A stretch of 64,000 nucleotides of DNA. Origin: a virus. The position numbers and the translations under genes are program-made. The notes beneath the pieces are model-generated. The model saw nothing but the letters and a program-made list of their open reading frames with translations. It did not search any database and had not been told where the DNA came from. The DNA lies in the IMG/VR virus record IMGVR_UViG_3300024978_000122; one strand, given 5' to 3'. This document shows, piece after piece, positions 52,801 to 61,951 of the stretch (position 1 is its first letter; the number at the start of each line of letters is the position of its first letter).

Positions 52801-52927
52801 GGTAACCGCGCCTGGGGGTGGTAACCGGGGCCGGTAACCTGGCCGACTGGTAACCTTGCCCGCGCCCTGACGCTAAAAAAGCGTCGCGCTCGCGCCCCCT
52901 GCATGGGACTTTCGGCAGGAAGGACCC
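52801..52927 (-). other. Lambda-like cos site (cosQ, cosN, cosB-like repeats)
   Basis: Minus strand GGGTCCT (52927-52921), 23 nt, then GGGCGCGAGCGC (52897-52886), then GACGCTTTTTT. Four GGTAACC repeats at 52801, 52820, 52833 and 52849. Confidence 0.7.
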
Positions 52928-53083
52928 CTTTCGCCTCGGGCCGCTCGCCGAACCGTCACCGCTGTCCAGAAGATAGCTCGAATACTACGCTCGACCGGGT
53001 TGATTTGTTGCAGGGTCAAAAACCGCGCATCGCCGCTGACATGCTCGCACTGCAAACCACGCGCGCCAATTCACGCCAAAACC

Positions 53084-53479
53084 CTACGCTGTGACGACAC
53101 CATTGAGTTGGTCGGCGACGGTCTGCAAGGCGCGGTGCCAGCGCCGCCACGCCGTCGTTCGGTCGCAGGCAAAACGGATCGTGATGTCGCGCCAGCCGTA
53201 GCGCTTGGCCCTCATCCACACCAGATGGCGCTGCTCGACCTCCAGCCACTGCACCCACTTCATCGTCTCCAGCATCCGGTCGATAGCCTCTGGGTCGGGT
53301 GGGAAAGGTCGGTAGACGTGCTCGTCGGCAGCGAACGTTTCCCACTCCTTGCGCACGATGATGGGCCAAGTGTTGAAGTAGCCCTGCACACGCACGGGTG
53401 GCAGGCGTCGTCCGGTGCTGGCCGCCTCCTCGAAGCGTGCGGCCACGTCGTCGATTGTCCAAGTGCGGGGATCAGCCAT
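53084..53479 (-). CDS. DUF6362-like protein with sigma-region-4-like HTH, candidate late-gene activator/antiterminator
   Basis: VAARFEEAA..AIDRMLET..LVWMRA..DRTTAWRRW; last gene before cos. Confidence 0.65.
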   Translation of the reverse strand: MADPRTWTIDDVAARFEEAASTGRRLPPVRVQGYFNTWPIIVRKEWETFAADEHVYRPFPPDPEAIDRMLETMKWVQWLEVEQRHLVWMRAKRYGWRDITIRFACDRTTAWRRWHRALQTVADQLNGVVTA

Positions 53480-53681
53480 GACGTGCCCCTCCCTGTCCGT
53501 AGAGGCGTTCGCCGATGCGCCGCACGAACTCGCGCTCGATGAAGTCCAAGCGTTCGTCGGCAGCGTTGACCACGAGGATGTGCTGATCGCGCCAGCCGCG
53601 TTGCTTCATCGCGTCGAGATCTGTGGTCTCGGGCTGGAGGCGACCCAAGGGGCAGCGATAGGTGGGCGTCGAAATCTTCAT
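53472..53681 (-). CDS. Hypothetical phage protein
   Basis: CPLGRLQP..MKQRGWRDQHILVV; coupled to both neighbours. Confidence 0.65.
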   Translation of the reverse strand: MKISTPTYRCPLGRLQPETTDLDAMKQRGWRDQHILVVNAADERLDFIEREFVRRIGERLYGQGGARHG

Positions 53682-53682
53682 C

Positions 53683-54159
53683 TCACACCTCCCGTTCCAG
53701 TACGTGCTGCTCGATGGCCCAGTGCAGCAGGGCCAGTGCGTCGGCTTCGTTGTCGTCGGCCGGAGCGTGACCACGGGCACGGGCGGTCGCCACCATCTCG
53801 TCCTTGCTGGCGTTGCCCTTGCCGGTGGCGTGCTTCTTGATCGTTCCCACGGGCACGCCCTGGTACGGGATCTGGTGGTGCTCGCACCACGCGGTGAGCG
53901 TGGCAAGGAACCCGCCGTAGGCGTGGGCAGCATCCGTGGAGACGTGGCGTCGCACCTCCTCGAAGTGCAGGCAGTCGATCTCGTCGCAGGACTGTTTGAT
54001 CTCGGTGAGCCAGCGTTTGAATCGCAGGAAGCGCATTCCGCCGCCTTCGAAGCGCTGCGGCCGGAAGCTCTCGGAACCGCTGGTGATGTGGCCGTCACTG
54101 CCGCGCAGCGCCCAGCCGGTGGTGGTGCCCAGATCGAGGGCGAGGATGGTGGTGGTCAT
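53683..54159 (-). CDS. RuvC-like Holliday junction resolvase
   Basis: ILALDLGTTTGWA, FEEVRRH, DDNEADALA. Confidence 0.85.
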   Translation of the reverse strand: MTTTILALDLGTTTGWALRGSDGHITSGSESFRPQRFEGGGMRFLRFKRWLTEIKQSCDEIDCLHFEEVRRHVSTDAAHAYGGFLATLTAWCEHHQIPYQGVPVGTIKKHATGKGNASKDEMVATARARGHAPADDNEADALALLHWAIEQHVLEREV

Positions 54160-54182
54160 GGTGTCAGTCCTTGTTTTGGCTG

Positions 54183-54278
54183 GTCTGACGGATCGGACGG
54201 GTCGTATCGAAACCTTCCATGAAGCGCGCGCACGCGCACGTGTAAGAGTTACGACGTAGTCCGTCCGATCCGTCAGAC
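54183..54278. repeat. 18-bp perfect inverted repeat enclosing a 21-nt alternating purine-pyrimidine tract; candidate replication origin
   Basis: GTCTGACGGATCGGACGG (54183-54200) and its reverse complement (54261-54278); GCGCGCGCACGCGCACGTGTA at 54224-54244. Confidence 0.8.
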
Positions 54279-54287
54279 GCGGCTGTG

Positions 54288-56570
54288 TCAGTCATCGGCG
54301 TAAGGGGTGTAGGTGGGTGCTGGCGGGTACTTGAGGCCAATGCCCTGAAACCCGCGCAAGCCCATGCCGTTGCGCCATTTATCCAAGCCCCGGTTGAGCA
54401 GCAGATCGGCAAAGCGCTTCTGCGAACCGGTGAACTCACCCGCTGCCTCTGCCCACGGCTTCCAGTCGTTGAACAGTTCTGCCGTCAGCGACTTGGCGTT
54501 GGCCTCGCGCACGCAACGCTCATCGAGCCAGCGGCCCAACGCATCCTCGGCTTCGAAATACTCCTCGGTGGCGTCCACCACCCGCTGCGGCGGGGAGAGT
54601 CGTCCGTGGCGTTGCCAGTCGAGGCAACCCTGCACGGCCCACGCCAAGATGCCGTCACGTTCGGCCAGGAGCTTCTGCTGCAGGTTCTTGTCACGGCGCT
54701 CGGGCGGCACGGTGATCGTGAAAGGGATCAGGTGCAGCCTGCGTTTCATCGCCTCGTCGATGTTGCGAATGGCGGGCCTGTGGTTGCCCGCCACGAATAA
54801 CTTGAACTGCGGGAAGAACTCGAAGAAGTCCTGGCGCATGAAGCGCGCAGAGATCTTGTCGCCACCGGTCAGGTTCTTGAGCTTGGATTCGGCCCAGCGC
54901 TTGCCTTGTTCGGTTTCGATGGCCGCCACGAAGCGTGCGCCGCGCAGCCCCGCCATATCGGTCGGGTGCCGGTCGGTGCGCGTCTCCATGAAGGTGTCCA
55001 TCGGCGCATTGGTCGCGTAGTCGCCGAGGATGGTGGCCAAGGTGTTCACGAACACCGACTTGCCGTTCGCGCCCGTTCCGTACAGGAAGAACAGCGCGTG
55101 CTCCTGCGTCGAGCCAGTCAGCGCGTAGCCGACCATTCGTTGCAGGTAGGACTGAAGTTCCTTGTCGCCACCCGTGACCTCGTCGATGAACTGCTTCCAC
55201 GTCGGGCAGTCGCCGCTGGGCGTTGCTGTGGTGATCTTGGTCATCCGGTCGGCGCGCTCGTGCGGGCGCATCCGGCCTGTCTTGAGATCAACCACGCCGC
55301 CCGGCGTGTTGAGCAGCCACGGATCGGCGTCCCACTCGTCGGTGGTGGCCGCGTGCCTGCGGTCAGCGCGCGCCAGCCGCTCTACACCGCCGACCGTGCT
55401 GGCGCTGGCGAGCTTCGCCGCGACCTTGGGGTTGTCGGCGCGCACAGCCGTCTGGCGGCAGACGCTGCGGATCAAGTCCGTGGCGGCCAGCGTGTCCTCG
55501 GTGCGCCAGCGTTGCCCGTCCCACACCAGCCATTTGCCCCAGCCAGCCACGTAACGCCAGTCGCGGTGGTAGCGGCGGGTGAAGGACAGCGCCAGCGCGT
55601 CCTCCGTACCCCAGACGGACTCGTCGCTGCTGACCACCGGATCAACGTCATCGGCCACGTCGTGCATCTGCAAGCGTGGGCCGTGGGTGAGAAAGGCGGC
55701 GACATCGAAGCCCTCGGCGATGGCGTCCGCCACGTCCCAGCCCTCGGCGGCCTCCTCGGGCGGATAGAGAACGTGGCAGGACTTGGCTCCCGCCGACAGG
55801 ATGACCTGTGCTGCCTGCGTCGCATACTCCCAGCCCGGCTTGTCACGGTCGGGCCAGATCAACACCGCCTTACCGGACAGCGGCGACCAGTCGGTCTTGT
55901 CGACCGGGGCGTTCGCGCCGTGCATCGCCGTGGTGGCCACGATGCCCGCGTCGATCAGGGCCTGCGCGCATTTCTCGCCCTCGACCAGAACCACCTGCGC
56001 GGCACTGGTCATCCCTGGCTGGTTGTAGAGCGGGCGCGGGTCGGGCGGTGCCATCTTGCGCCGCTTCGCATCCCAGGGCCGGAACTGCTTCTTCTGCCCG
56101 GGCGGGTCGTAGCGGTAGACGACGGCGATGAGATGGCCTGCCGCATCGAGGTAGTCCCACTTCGCGGTGGCCGGGCCGAGGTCATCGACGGGAGCATCCT
56201 TCTTGCTCCTGCGCGCCAGAGTCGCCGGAGCACGCCCGACCAGTTCGGTCGCGGTATCGAGCACGCGTGGGAAGTCGGTGTGCGCATCGATGCCGAGGTG
56301 GGCCGCGATCAGGGAGAAAATGTCGCCGCCGTCGCCAGTGGCGCGATCCGTCCACAGGCCGGTCTTGTCACCGGTGAGCACGACTTCCAGGCTGTCGCCC
56401 GGACTACCGAGCACGTCGCCGATCAGGAATTTGCCACCGCGCTTCTTGCCTGCAGGGAACAGCGTTGCCAGTACCGATTCCAGCCGCGAGAGCAATGCCT
56501 CGCGGATTGCGTCGCGTTCGGCATCGAGGTCACGAGGAGCGGGCTTTTGCGTGTCGTTGAAATCAAGCAT
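54288..56570 (-). CDS. Phage primase-helicase, P4/D5 family (TOPRIM plus SF3 helicase)
   Basis: VLVEGEKCA, IWPDRDKPG, WDADPWLLN, YGTGANGKS, LTGGDKISARFM. Confidence 0.93.
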   Translation of the reverse strand: MLDFNDTQKPAPRDLDAERDAIREALLSRLESVLATLFPAGKKRGGKFLIGDVLGSPGDSLEVVLTGDKTGLWTDRATGDGGDIFSLIAAHLGIDAHTDFPRVLDTATELVGRAPATLARRSKKDAPVDDLGPATAKWDYLDAAGHLIAVVYRYDPPGQKKQFRPWDAKRRKMAPPDPRPLYNQPGMTSAAQVVLVEGEKCAQALIDAGIVATTAMHGANAPVDKTDWSPLSGKAVLIWPDRDKPGWEYATQAAQVILSAGAKSCHVLYPPEEAAEGWDVADAIAEGFDVAAFLTHGPRLQMHDVADDVDPVVSSDESVWGTEDALALSFTRRYHRDWRYVAGWGKWLVWDGQRWRTEDTLAATDLIRSVCRQTAVRADNPKVAAKLASASTVGGVERLARADRRHAATTDEWDADPWLLNTPGGVVDLKTGRMRPHERADRMTKITTATPSGDCPTWKQFIDEVTGGDKELQSYLQRMVGYALTGSTQEHALFFLYGTGANGKSVFVNTLATILGDYATNAPMDTFMETRTDRHPTDMAGLRGARFVAAIETEQGKRWAESKLKNLTGGDKISARFMRQDFFEFFPQFKLFVAGNHRPAIRNIDEAMKRRLHLIPFTITVPPERRDKNLQQKLLAERDGILAWAVQGCLDWQRHGRLSPPQRVVDATEEYFEAEDALGRWLDERCVREANAKSLTAELFNDWKPWAEAAGEFTGSQKRFADLLLNRGLDKWRNGMGLRGFQGIGLKYPPAPTYTPYADD

Positions 56571-56790
56571 CCGCAGACTCCTCGCCAGACGCTTGCTGCC
56601 CGACGATCCACGCTTCCAGCTCTGCAGGCTTGAACCGCACGAGCTTGCCGACGCGGTAATGGGGAATGCGACGCTGCTTGCGTTCCTTCGCTTGCGAGAG
56701 CCAGTACGAGGGCAGGTTGAACATCAGTGCAGCCTGGCGTACGTCGATCAGTTGCTCGCCGAGCACATGATTCAAAGTCGTGGTGTTCAT
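56563..56790 (-). CDS. Excisionase-like HTH protein
   Basis: LIDVRQAA..IPHYRVGKLVRFKPAELEAW. Confidence 0.8.
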   Translation of the reverse strand: MNTTTLNHVLGEQLIDVRQAALMFNLPSYWLSQAKERKQRRIPHYRVGKLVRFKPAELEAWIVGQQASGEESADA

Positions 56791-57524
56791 GCTTTTGTTC
56801 TCCAGCACCGGTCTTGCCACGCGCACATCCGGCACTCGAAGTGGGTCGGGTCATTGAAGGCACGAGGCAGGAGATCTCCCGCCTCGGTGGCCGTGATGAC
56901 CTTCACCGCCCGATCCGACATGCGCTGGGCCAGGGCTGCATCAAAGGGAACGGCCTCGGTGTAGATCTCCATCGTGTCGGCGTTGAGGGCCGTGAAGATC
57001 GCCGGGTGCTCGTGCAGTTCGAGATAGGCTTGGTAGATCGCCACTTGCGCGGCGTAGATGGGCTTGGAGATGGCCAGCCCCTTTTTTTCCAGATCGCTCC
57101 AGGACTTGTTGCCCAGACATTTGCATTCCCAGAGCGCGGGATAGGCGAAGCCCTCGGGGCCCGCGACGATGACGCCGTCGACGTGGCCTTGCAGGCGACC
57201 GTCGGCCACCGAGAAGCCGAACTGCTCACCGTCTGACTTGCGGGTGCGCAGGTCGAAACCCGCGTCCCGCAGCCACGCAACCATGCAGTCTTCCATGACG
57301 TGGCCACGTTCGAAGATGCGCAACATCCGCCCCGGGGTGTCGCGCCCGTGGTCGATGGGAGCCTTGGCGTACTCGAACTGCAGCGCGCGCTCGCAGGCCA
57401 CGCCCAGACGCGAGGCACCAAGGTACTGGCGCTCGGACTGGCGGGCGCGGGCCTGCTGTATCCCGGCGTCCACCAGGGCGGTGACCTGGCCCGAGATGCT
57501 CGATGAGGAGTTGAAGTCGATCAT
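56787..57524 (-). CDS. PD-(D/E)xK exonuclease, Cas4/RecB-like with Cys cluster
   Basis: YLGASRLGVAC, GHVDG, WECKCL, QVAIYQ, C-terminal CRMC..RC. Confidence 0.85.
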   Translation of the reverse strand: MIDFNSSSSISGQVTALVDAGIQQARARQSERQYLGASRLGVACERALQFEYAKAPIDHGRDTPGRMLRIFERGHVMEDCMVAWLRDAGFDLRTRKSDGEQFGFSVADGRLQGHVDGVIVAGPEGFAYPALWECKCLGNKSWSDLEKKGLAISKPIYAAQVAIYQAYLELHEHPAIFTALNADTMEIYTEAVPFDAALAQRMSDRAVKVITATEAGDLLPRAFNDPTHFECRMCAWQDRCWRTKA

Positions 57525-58021
57525 GGCTTCTTCCCCCTCGGTTCTTCCCAAGGCAGGTCGTCCTCCAGATCCGCGAACGGATTGGCGGCGTCGGGTGCCA
57601 ACGGATCGGGTGCAGGCGTCATGCGTCGCACCGGTGGGTACTTGGTGGCCTCGTGGTGCGCGACCATCGCGTCCGACCAGCAGGTGACGATGGCATCGAT
57701 CACCCGCAGCGCTTCCGCTTCGGAGTAGTCGCCCAGCGGCTTAGTGAAGCCGATCTCGCCCGCTGCCTCGCCGAAAGCCTTGAGGCACTGGCGCATCGCG
57801 GCCAGCTCGACATCAGACGGATCGATCATGGCGACCCCCTTGATATCGGTGCGACCTTCCTTGACTCGCAGCCAATTGCCGTACAGCGCATGAAACGCGT
57901 TCTGACAGCGTTGCGAGCAGAACACCCAGTCGATGGGGTAGCGCCGGGGATTGCCGACACCGTGTCGGTTGTCGGTGTGGCCGAATCCCCGGGCCTGTCG
58001 TTTGCAGACCCAGCATTTCAT
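57521..58021 (-). CDS. DUF6511-like Zn-binding phage protein
   Basis: CWVC..FCSQRC; IGFTKPLGDYSEAE. Confidence 0.7.
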   Translation of the reverse strand: MKCWVCKRQARGFGHTDNRHGVGNPRRYPIDWVFCSQRCQNAFHALYGNWLRVKEGRTDIKGVAMIDPSDVELAAMRQCLKAFGEAAGEIGFTKPLGDYSEAEALRVIDAIVTCWSDAMVAHHEATKYPPVRRMTPAPDPLAPDAANPFADLEDDLPWEEPRGKKP

Positions 58022-58028
58022 CGCCCCC

Positions 58029-58652
58029 TCACTGCGCCCACGACGGTTTGCCCGTCACGGGTGCGCGTTGCGGAGCGGGTGCCTGGTACGCGGGCGCTGC
58101 CTGCGCCGGAGCGCCGGACGTGCCGCCGCCCGACGCCTTGGGCGGCACGCCCATCAACTTGGCGTAGTCGGGGTGATCCGGTTCGACCGCCACCTTCACC
58201 ACGTTGCGGTCTTGGCCCTTGCCGTCCTTCTCGATATCGACGCGGGCGAGGAACTCCAGGCCGTCCAGTTCGTGGAAGCCCTGGATGCGGCGCGCGGCGG
58301 CGGCCTGCGGGCCGTTGTCCTGCGGGTGGACGTTGCGGGCGCTGTTCAGCGCGGCGCGAATGAAGCTGCGCCCCATCTGGCCCCAGGTCGGGCCCTTCTT
58401 GGAGTGCAGGCCGATGTTCGACCACATCTTGCGTTTGGCATGGTCGCCAGCGGTGACCACGAATTCGGCGGCCAGATAGATGGAACCGGTCTCGAAGGAC
58501 TCGGTGGCGTAGCCGCCGCCCCAGCCTTGCGCGGGATCGTCGTAGCCACCGGGCTTGATGGTCATGCGCACCGCGACAGTGGTGCCCTTGGGGATCAGAT
58601 CGAAGCCGGATTGCTGGGCGTCGGCGTCGTTGAAGTCATTCCATGCGGTCAT
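58029..58652 (-). CDS. Phage ssDNA-binding protein (DUF669-like)
   Basis: DFNDA..FDLIPKG, OB-fold pattern, flexible Pro/Ala tail ending PSWA. Confidence 0.7.
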   Translation of the reverse strand: MTAWNDFNDADAQQSGFDLIPKGTTVAVRMTIKPGGYDDPAQGWGGGYATESFETGSIYLAAEFVVTAGDHAKRKMWSNIGLHSKKGPTWGQMGRSFIRAALNSARNVHPQDNGPQAAAARRIQGFHELDGLEFLARVDIEKDGKGQDRNVVKVAVEPDHPDYAKLMGVPPKASGGGTSGAPAQAAPAYQAPAPQRAPVTGKPSWAQ

Positions 58653-58657
58653 TGCGA

Positions 58658-59503
58658 TTACTCCTGGGATTCGATGTGTGTGGGGGTGGCGGCGCTGGCA
58701 GGCGCGGCGGATGCGCCCGCGCACTTGGCGATCAGCGCGCCGAGATGCGGCGGCTCCAGCAGGTCGAGGCGACCGCTGCGGTCTTTGGCCGGAAAGCCGT
58801 AGGGATTGACGGTGTGCGTGACGAAGGCGCGGTAGGCGCTGCCGTCCTCGGCCTTGATCTCGGCCAGCGTCACGACCTCGTCGACGATGCCGGGCAGCTC
58901 CAGGCTGGTCTTGCTACCTTCGATCTGCGGCACGAACACCTTGCGGTTGTAGTCATCGAGGCGTTCGTCGAGGATGGCCACGAACACCACGTTCTTGCCG
59001 CGTGCGTGCTGCAGGTGGGTCAAGGCACTCACCATTTCCTGGCCCAGCAGGCCGTAGGCACCGCGCAGGTCAGGCTTGCCGGAGCGGTCGCTGGTTGCAC
59101 CGGGCTGTGTCTTGCACCACGCGAAGCACTGGCGAGACAACTGCGTGATCGAGTCGAGGAAGAAGGTCTGGTAGCGGTCGAGCTGCGTCGCGTCGCCGAA
59201 CTTCTCGATGACGTGGTCGTAGTGCGCCTGCGAGAAGGCTGACTCCGGCGGCAGCGACTTGTCCGGGCCCGCGAGGAACACGAAGAAGTCGCGGCTCTCG
59301 GGCCACGATGCCGGTCGGATGGTGTCGCCCGGCCAGTCGGCCACTGCCAAGTCCCCGGCCTCGATGTCGAGGAAAAGCGTGGTGGCAGGATCGAGGTCTT
59401 TGAGCCGGGTGGTCTTGCCGATGCCGGACTTGCCGAGCATCAGCAGCTTGACGCCCTTGCGCTCGGCCATGCGCTGCTTCGCGGAGATGATGGGGAGGCT
59501 CAT
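58658..59503 (-). CDS. AAA_24/Sak4-like ATPase (recombination)
   Basis: LGKSGIGKTT, LFLDIEAG, FLDSITQL, PAKDRSGRLD. Confidence 0.88.
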   Translation of the reverse strand: MSLPIISAKQRMAERKGVKLLMLGKSGIGKTTRLKDLDPATTLFLDIEAGDLAVADWPGDTIRPASWPESRDFFVFLAGPDKSLPPESAFSQAHYDHVIEKFGDATQLDRYQTFFLDSITQLSRQCFAWCKTQPGATSDRSGKPDLRGAYGLLGQEMVSALTHLQHARGKNVVFVAILDERLDDYNRKVFVPQIEGSKTSLELPGIVDEVVTLAEIKAEDGSAYRAFVTHTVNPYGFPAKDRSGRLDLLEPPHLGALIAKCAGASAAPASAATPTHIESQE

Positions 59504-60261
59504 CACGCGGCCTCCTTCAACTGCTCGGCGACGGCGGGATTCCAGAGAATCTGGTAGCCACTGTGGCCGTTGCGCGAGTACGGCATAGCCTCGGCCCACG
59601 CCTCACCGGCCTCGGTCAGCTCCCATTCGTCGCGCTCGTTGCGGAACTGAAAGCCGCCTGCCGCCAGCATCTGGTTCGTGGCCTTCGCCGAGCGGTTGAG
59701 CAGTTTGCCGAGCTGCGTGGCGTTCAGGGCGCAGATCGGTTCGTTGGCCGATGGCAGCGCGCGGCGCAGCACCTCGGTGGTGATGCCCGTGTTCTCCTGA
59801 ATGCAGGTCAGCGTCGCCGCCGCCGCGATGCCCGGTTTCACGCCCGGCACCTTCGCCACGGCCTCACCGATCAGCAGGATCGCGGAAACCCGGTCGTGGG
59901 TCGGCGCGGGCAAGGTCGCCAGTGCGCCGGGCACGGTGTAGCCGCCGGTCTTGCGGATCGCGGGCAGCACCTCGCTGGTCACCCAGCGCTTGAAACGCTT
60001 GGCTGCGTCCTTGGTACTGCCGAGGATCAGGGCGTAGAGGCCCGATTCGTTGACGTGGTTCTGGCGCTGACGGCCACCCGCCGTAAGGGTCTCCAGTTTC
60101 TGGAGATCCTCGGCATCGACGTGCGTCTTGATCGCCTGAGACGGATTGCCCATTTCCAGGGCATCGCAGACATCGGTGGCGTTGAACCACGGCTGCCCCT
60201 GATCATCGACCTGGACGCGCACGGCGTGCGCTTCGAACTGGAAGGGAATGATCGCGCTCAT
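59503..60261 (-). CDS. BRO-N family antirepressor-like protein
   Basis: PFQFEAHAVRV..PWFNATDVC..VNESGLYALI..FKRWVTSEVLPAIRKTG. Confidence 0.9.
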   Translation of the reverse strand: MSAIIPFQFEAHAVRVQVDDQGQPWFNATDVCDALEMGNPSQAIKTHVDAEDLQKLETLTAGGRQRQNHVNESGLYALILGSTKDAAKRFKRWVTSEVLPAIRKTGGYTVPGALATLPAPTHDRVSAILLIGEAVAKVPGVKPGIAAAATLTCIQENTGITTEVLRRALPSANEPICALNATQLGKLLNRSAKATNQMLAAGGFQFRNERDEWELTEAGEAWAEAMPYSRNGHSGYQILWNPAVAEQLKEAA

Positions 60262-60263
60262 GA

Positions 60264-60551
60264 TCAGCCCTCCCACGACACGTCGGCGATGCGGTCCGCC
60301 CCACGCGCGGCGCGCTTGCGCACCTCCGTGTGGAGTTCTTCCAGCGCGGTACGGCGGCGGCCGAGCGCCAGCGATTCCGCGTTGGCCGTCTGGATGGCGA
60401 AGGCCAGTTCGTCGACCGTGGCGGCATCGAGCGGGACGACGACGTCCTGGCCGTCCGCGCGGCGATACCGGATTTCGTCGGGAAGGTGTTCGCCGTAGAT
60501 GGACGGCAGCTGTTGACGCAGCGAAGCGATGAGGTTGGTGCTCATGGTCAT
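60264..60551 (-). CDS. Hypothetical phage protein
   Basis: In-operon 95-aa ORF coupled to the upstream gene (TAATG). Confidence 0.6.
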   Translation of the reverse strand: MTMSTNLIASLRQQLPSIYGEHLPDEIRYRRADGQDVVVPLDAATVDELAFAIQTANAESLALGRRRTALEELHTEVRKRAARGADRIADVSWEG

Positions 60552-61027
60552 TACTCCGAATCGATGGAAAGGGTGAAAGACGGCTTGCCGGAATCCACAG
60601 TGCGAGCGGCGGCGAACTGCTGCTGCAAGGCAGGCGGCCAGTTCGTGAAGCGGGATTCGGAGACGGACAACTTGATGTCGAGGTAACCCTCGACCTTCTC
60701 GCCTGAGGCGACGATGCGTTCGGCGATTTCAGCCAGTTGCTTCTGATCCCAGCTGACCTTCTTGGGCAGCTCGAACTTCAGGTGCAACGGGCCATCGCTG
60801 ATGTGGGCGGTGCCGAAGTCCCGGCCGGATTCACGCAGCGCGGTACGGGCCTGCTCGCCGTAGCACTGATCCAGCGCCGCATCGAACTTGGCGCGGGCCT
60901 TCTTCAGCCAGTCGATGGCGGCATCGAGGTTTTGGTCGATCTCGTGTTTCTGCGCGGGCGGCAATGCGGCTAGCTGGCTGACGGACATCTCTGCGATGTC
61001 AGCGGGGAAGATGGTGAGGTCGTTCAT
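60551..61027 (-). CDS. Conserved hypothetical phage early protein
   Basis: RDFGTAH..PKKVSWDQ..VSESRFTNWP..GKPSF; GGAG RBS. Confidence 0.75.
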   Translation of the reverse strand: MNDLTIFPADIAEMSVSQLAALPPAQKHEIDQNLDAAIDWLKKARAKFDAALDQCYGEQARTALRESGRDFGTAHISDGPLHLKFELPKKVSWDQKQLAEIAERIVASGEKVEGYLDIKLSVSESRFTNWPPALQQQFAAARTVDSGKPSFTLSIDSE

Positions 61028-61038
61028 GGCATCGCTCC

Positions 61039-61302
61039 TCAGCCCACCGCGCGCTCGGACGTCGAGTCGTGCAGCGCCTCGCGCTCGAACTGGATGACCG
61101 CGTCCACGGGGTAGCCGACGCGCTTGGACAGCTTCAGGTAGCGCGGGCCGCGACCTTCGCTGCGCCAGCGCTGCAAAGTCTTGGGGCTGACGCCCCACCG
61201 CTGGGCCAGTTCGTTTTCGTTGAGCACCCGGCGATCACCGGGTGACATGGTGTTGATCGCCTGCTGGGGCGACCGGGGAATGCTGCTGGTTGGTGTCTGC
61301 AT
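61039..61302 (-). CDS. AlpA/MerR-like HTH regulator heading the early operon
   Basis: LNENELAQRWGVSPKTLQRWRSEGRGPRYLKL..VGY. Confidence 0.88.
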   Translation of the reverse strand: MQTPTSSIPRSPQQAINTMSPGDRRVLNENELAQRWGVSPKTLQRWRSEGRGPRYLKLSKRVGYPVDAVIQFEREALHDSTSERAVG

Positions 61303-61343
61303 GGAATGCTCCTGTGACGTTGTTGGGGAACAGGTGTCATTCC

Positions 61344-61408
61344 AAACTTCGGGTGGCGAACCTTTAAGGGACGCAATGGCGAACCACGCGGAAACTTCGG
61401 GTTCGCCA
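61344..61408. promoter_or_regulatory. Operator-like repeat array upstream of the early operon
   Basis: AAACTTCGGGT at 61344 and 61392; TGGCGAACC at 61354 and 61377; its reverse complement GGTTCGCCA at 61400. Confidence 0.55.
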
Positions 61409-61486
61409 ATCCGCCAGCTCCCGCCCAAAAGCAGACGGCGAGCACATGGCTCGCCGTCGTCATTGGGGAAGTAGGGGATGAAAGGA

Positions 61487-61951
61487 TCAGGCGCCGGGGA
61501 AGCCGAGCAGCCGACGCTGCTCGCCCCAGTCGCGCGGCAGCAGGTCTTCGCGGCCACGCAACGTGTGCAGGTTCAGCTGCCGGGGCTGGCGACCTTCGAA
61601 AATTGCCTCGACGATGTCCGGGGCCAGCATGGTCATGCGCAGCACCTCGGCCGCCCAGCCCGGCTCCAGTTTCAGCGCACGTGCCAGATCCGAGGTTGTC
61701 GGATGGGTGCCGTCGTCGATCAGCCGCTTCCAGTAGAACGCCTTGCCGAGCGTCTTGATCATCGGCACGTCGAAGCCGCCCGTCGCAGCGGCGGCGTCGG
61801 GCGTGGGCGGAATCAGCAACTTGCGGTTCTGGCGGCGCTTGATGGTCAGCGGCACCAGCGTGACGCGCTGCCCATCGCTGACATAGCTGCGGGCATCGAC
61901 TCCGACCTCAATGTGGACTGTGCGTTTGCGCGGGTTCACCGAGGTGGTCAT
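61487..61951 (-). CDS. Recombinase-associated hypothetical HTH protein
   Basis: VPLTIKRRQNRK..LGKAFYW..SDLARAL..LAPDIVEAI; coupled to the recombinase. Confidence 0.75.
   Translation of the reverse strand: MTTSVNPRKRTVHIEVGVDARSYVSDGQRVTLVPLTIKRRQNRKLLIPPTPDAAAATGGFDVPMIKTLGKAFYWKRLIDDGTHPTTSDLARALKLEPGWAAEVLRMTMLAPDIVEAIFEGRQPRQLNLHTLRGREDLLPRDWGEQRRLLGFPGA

Noticed and set aside
56787-57524. Cas4-like gene as evidence of a CRISPR-Cas system
   Set aside because: It sits in the phage recombination operon with the Sak4-like ATPase and SSB; no cas1/cas2 or array is present.
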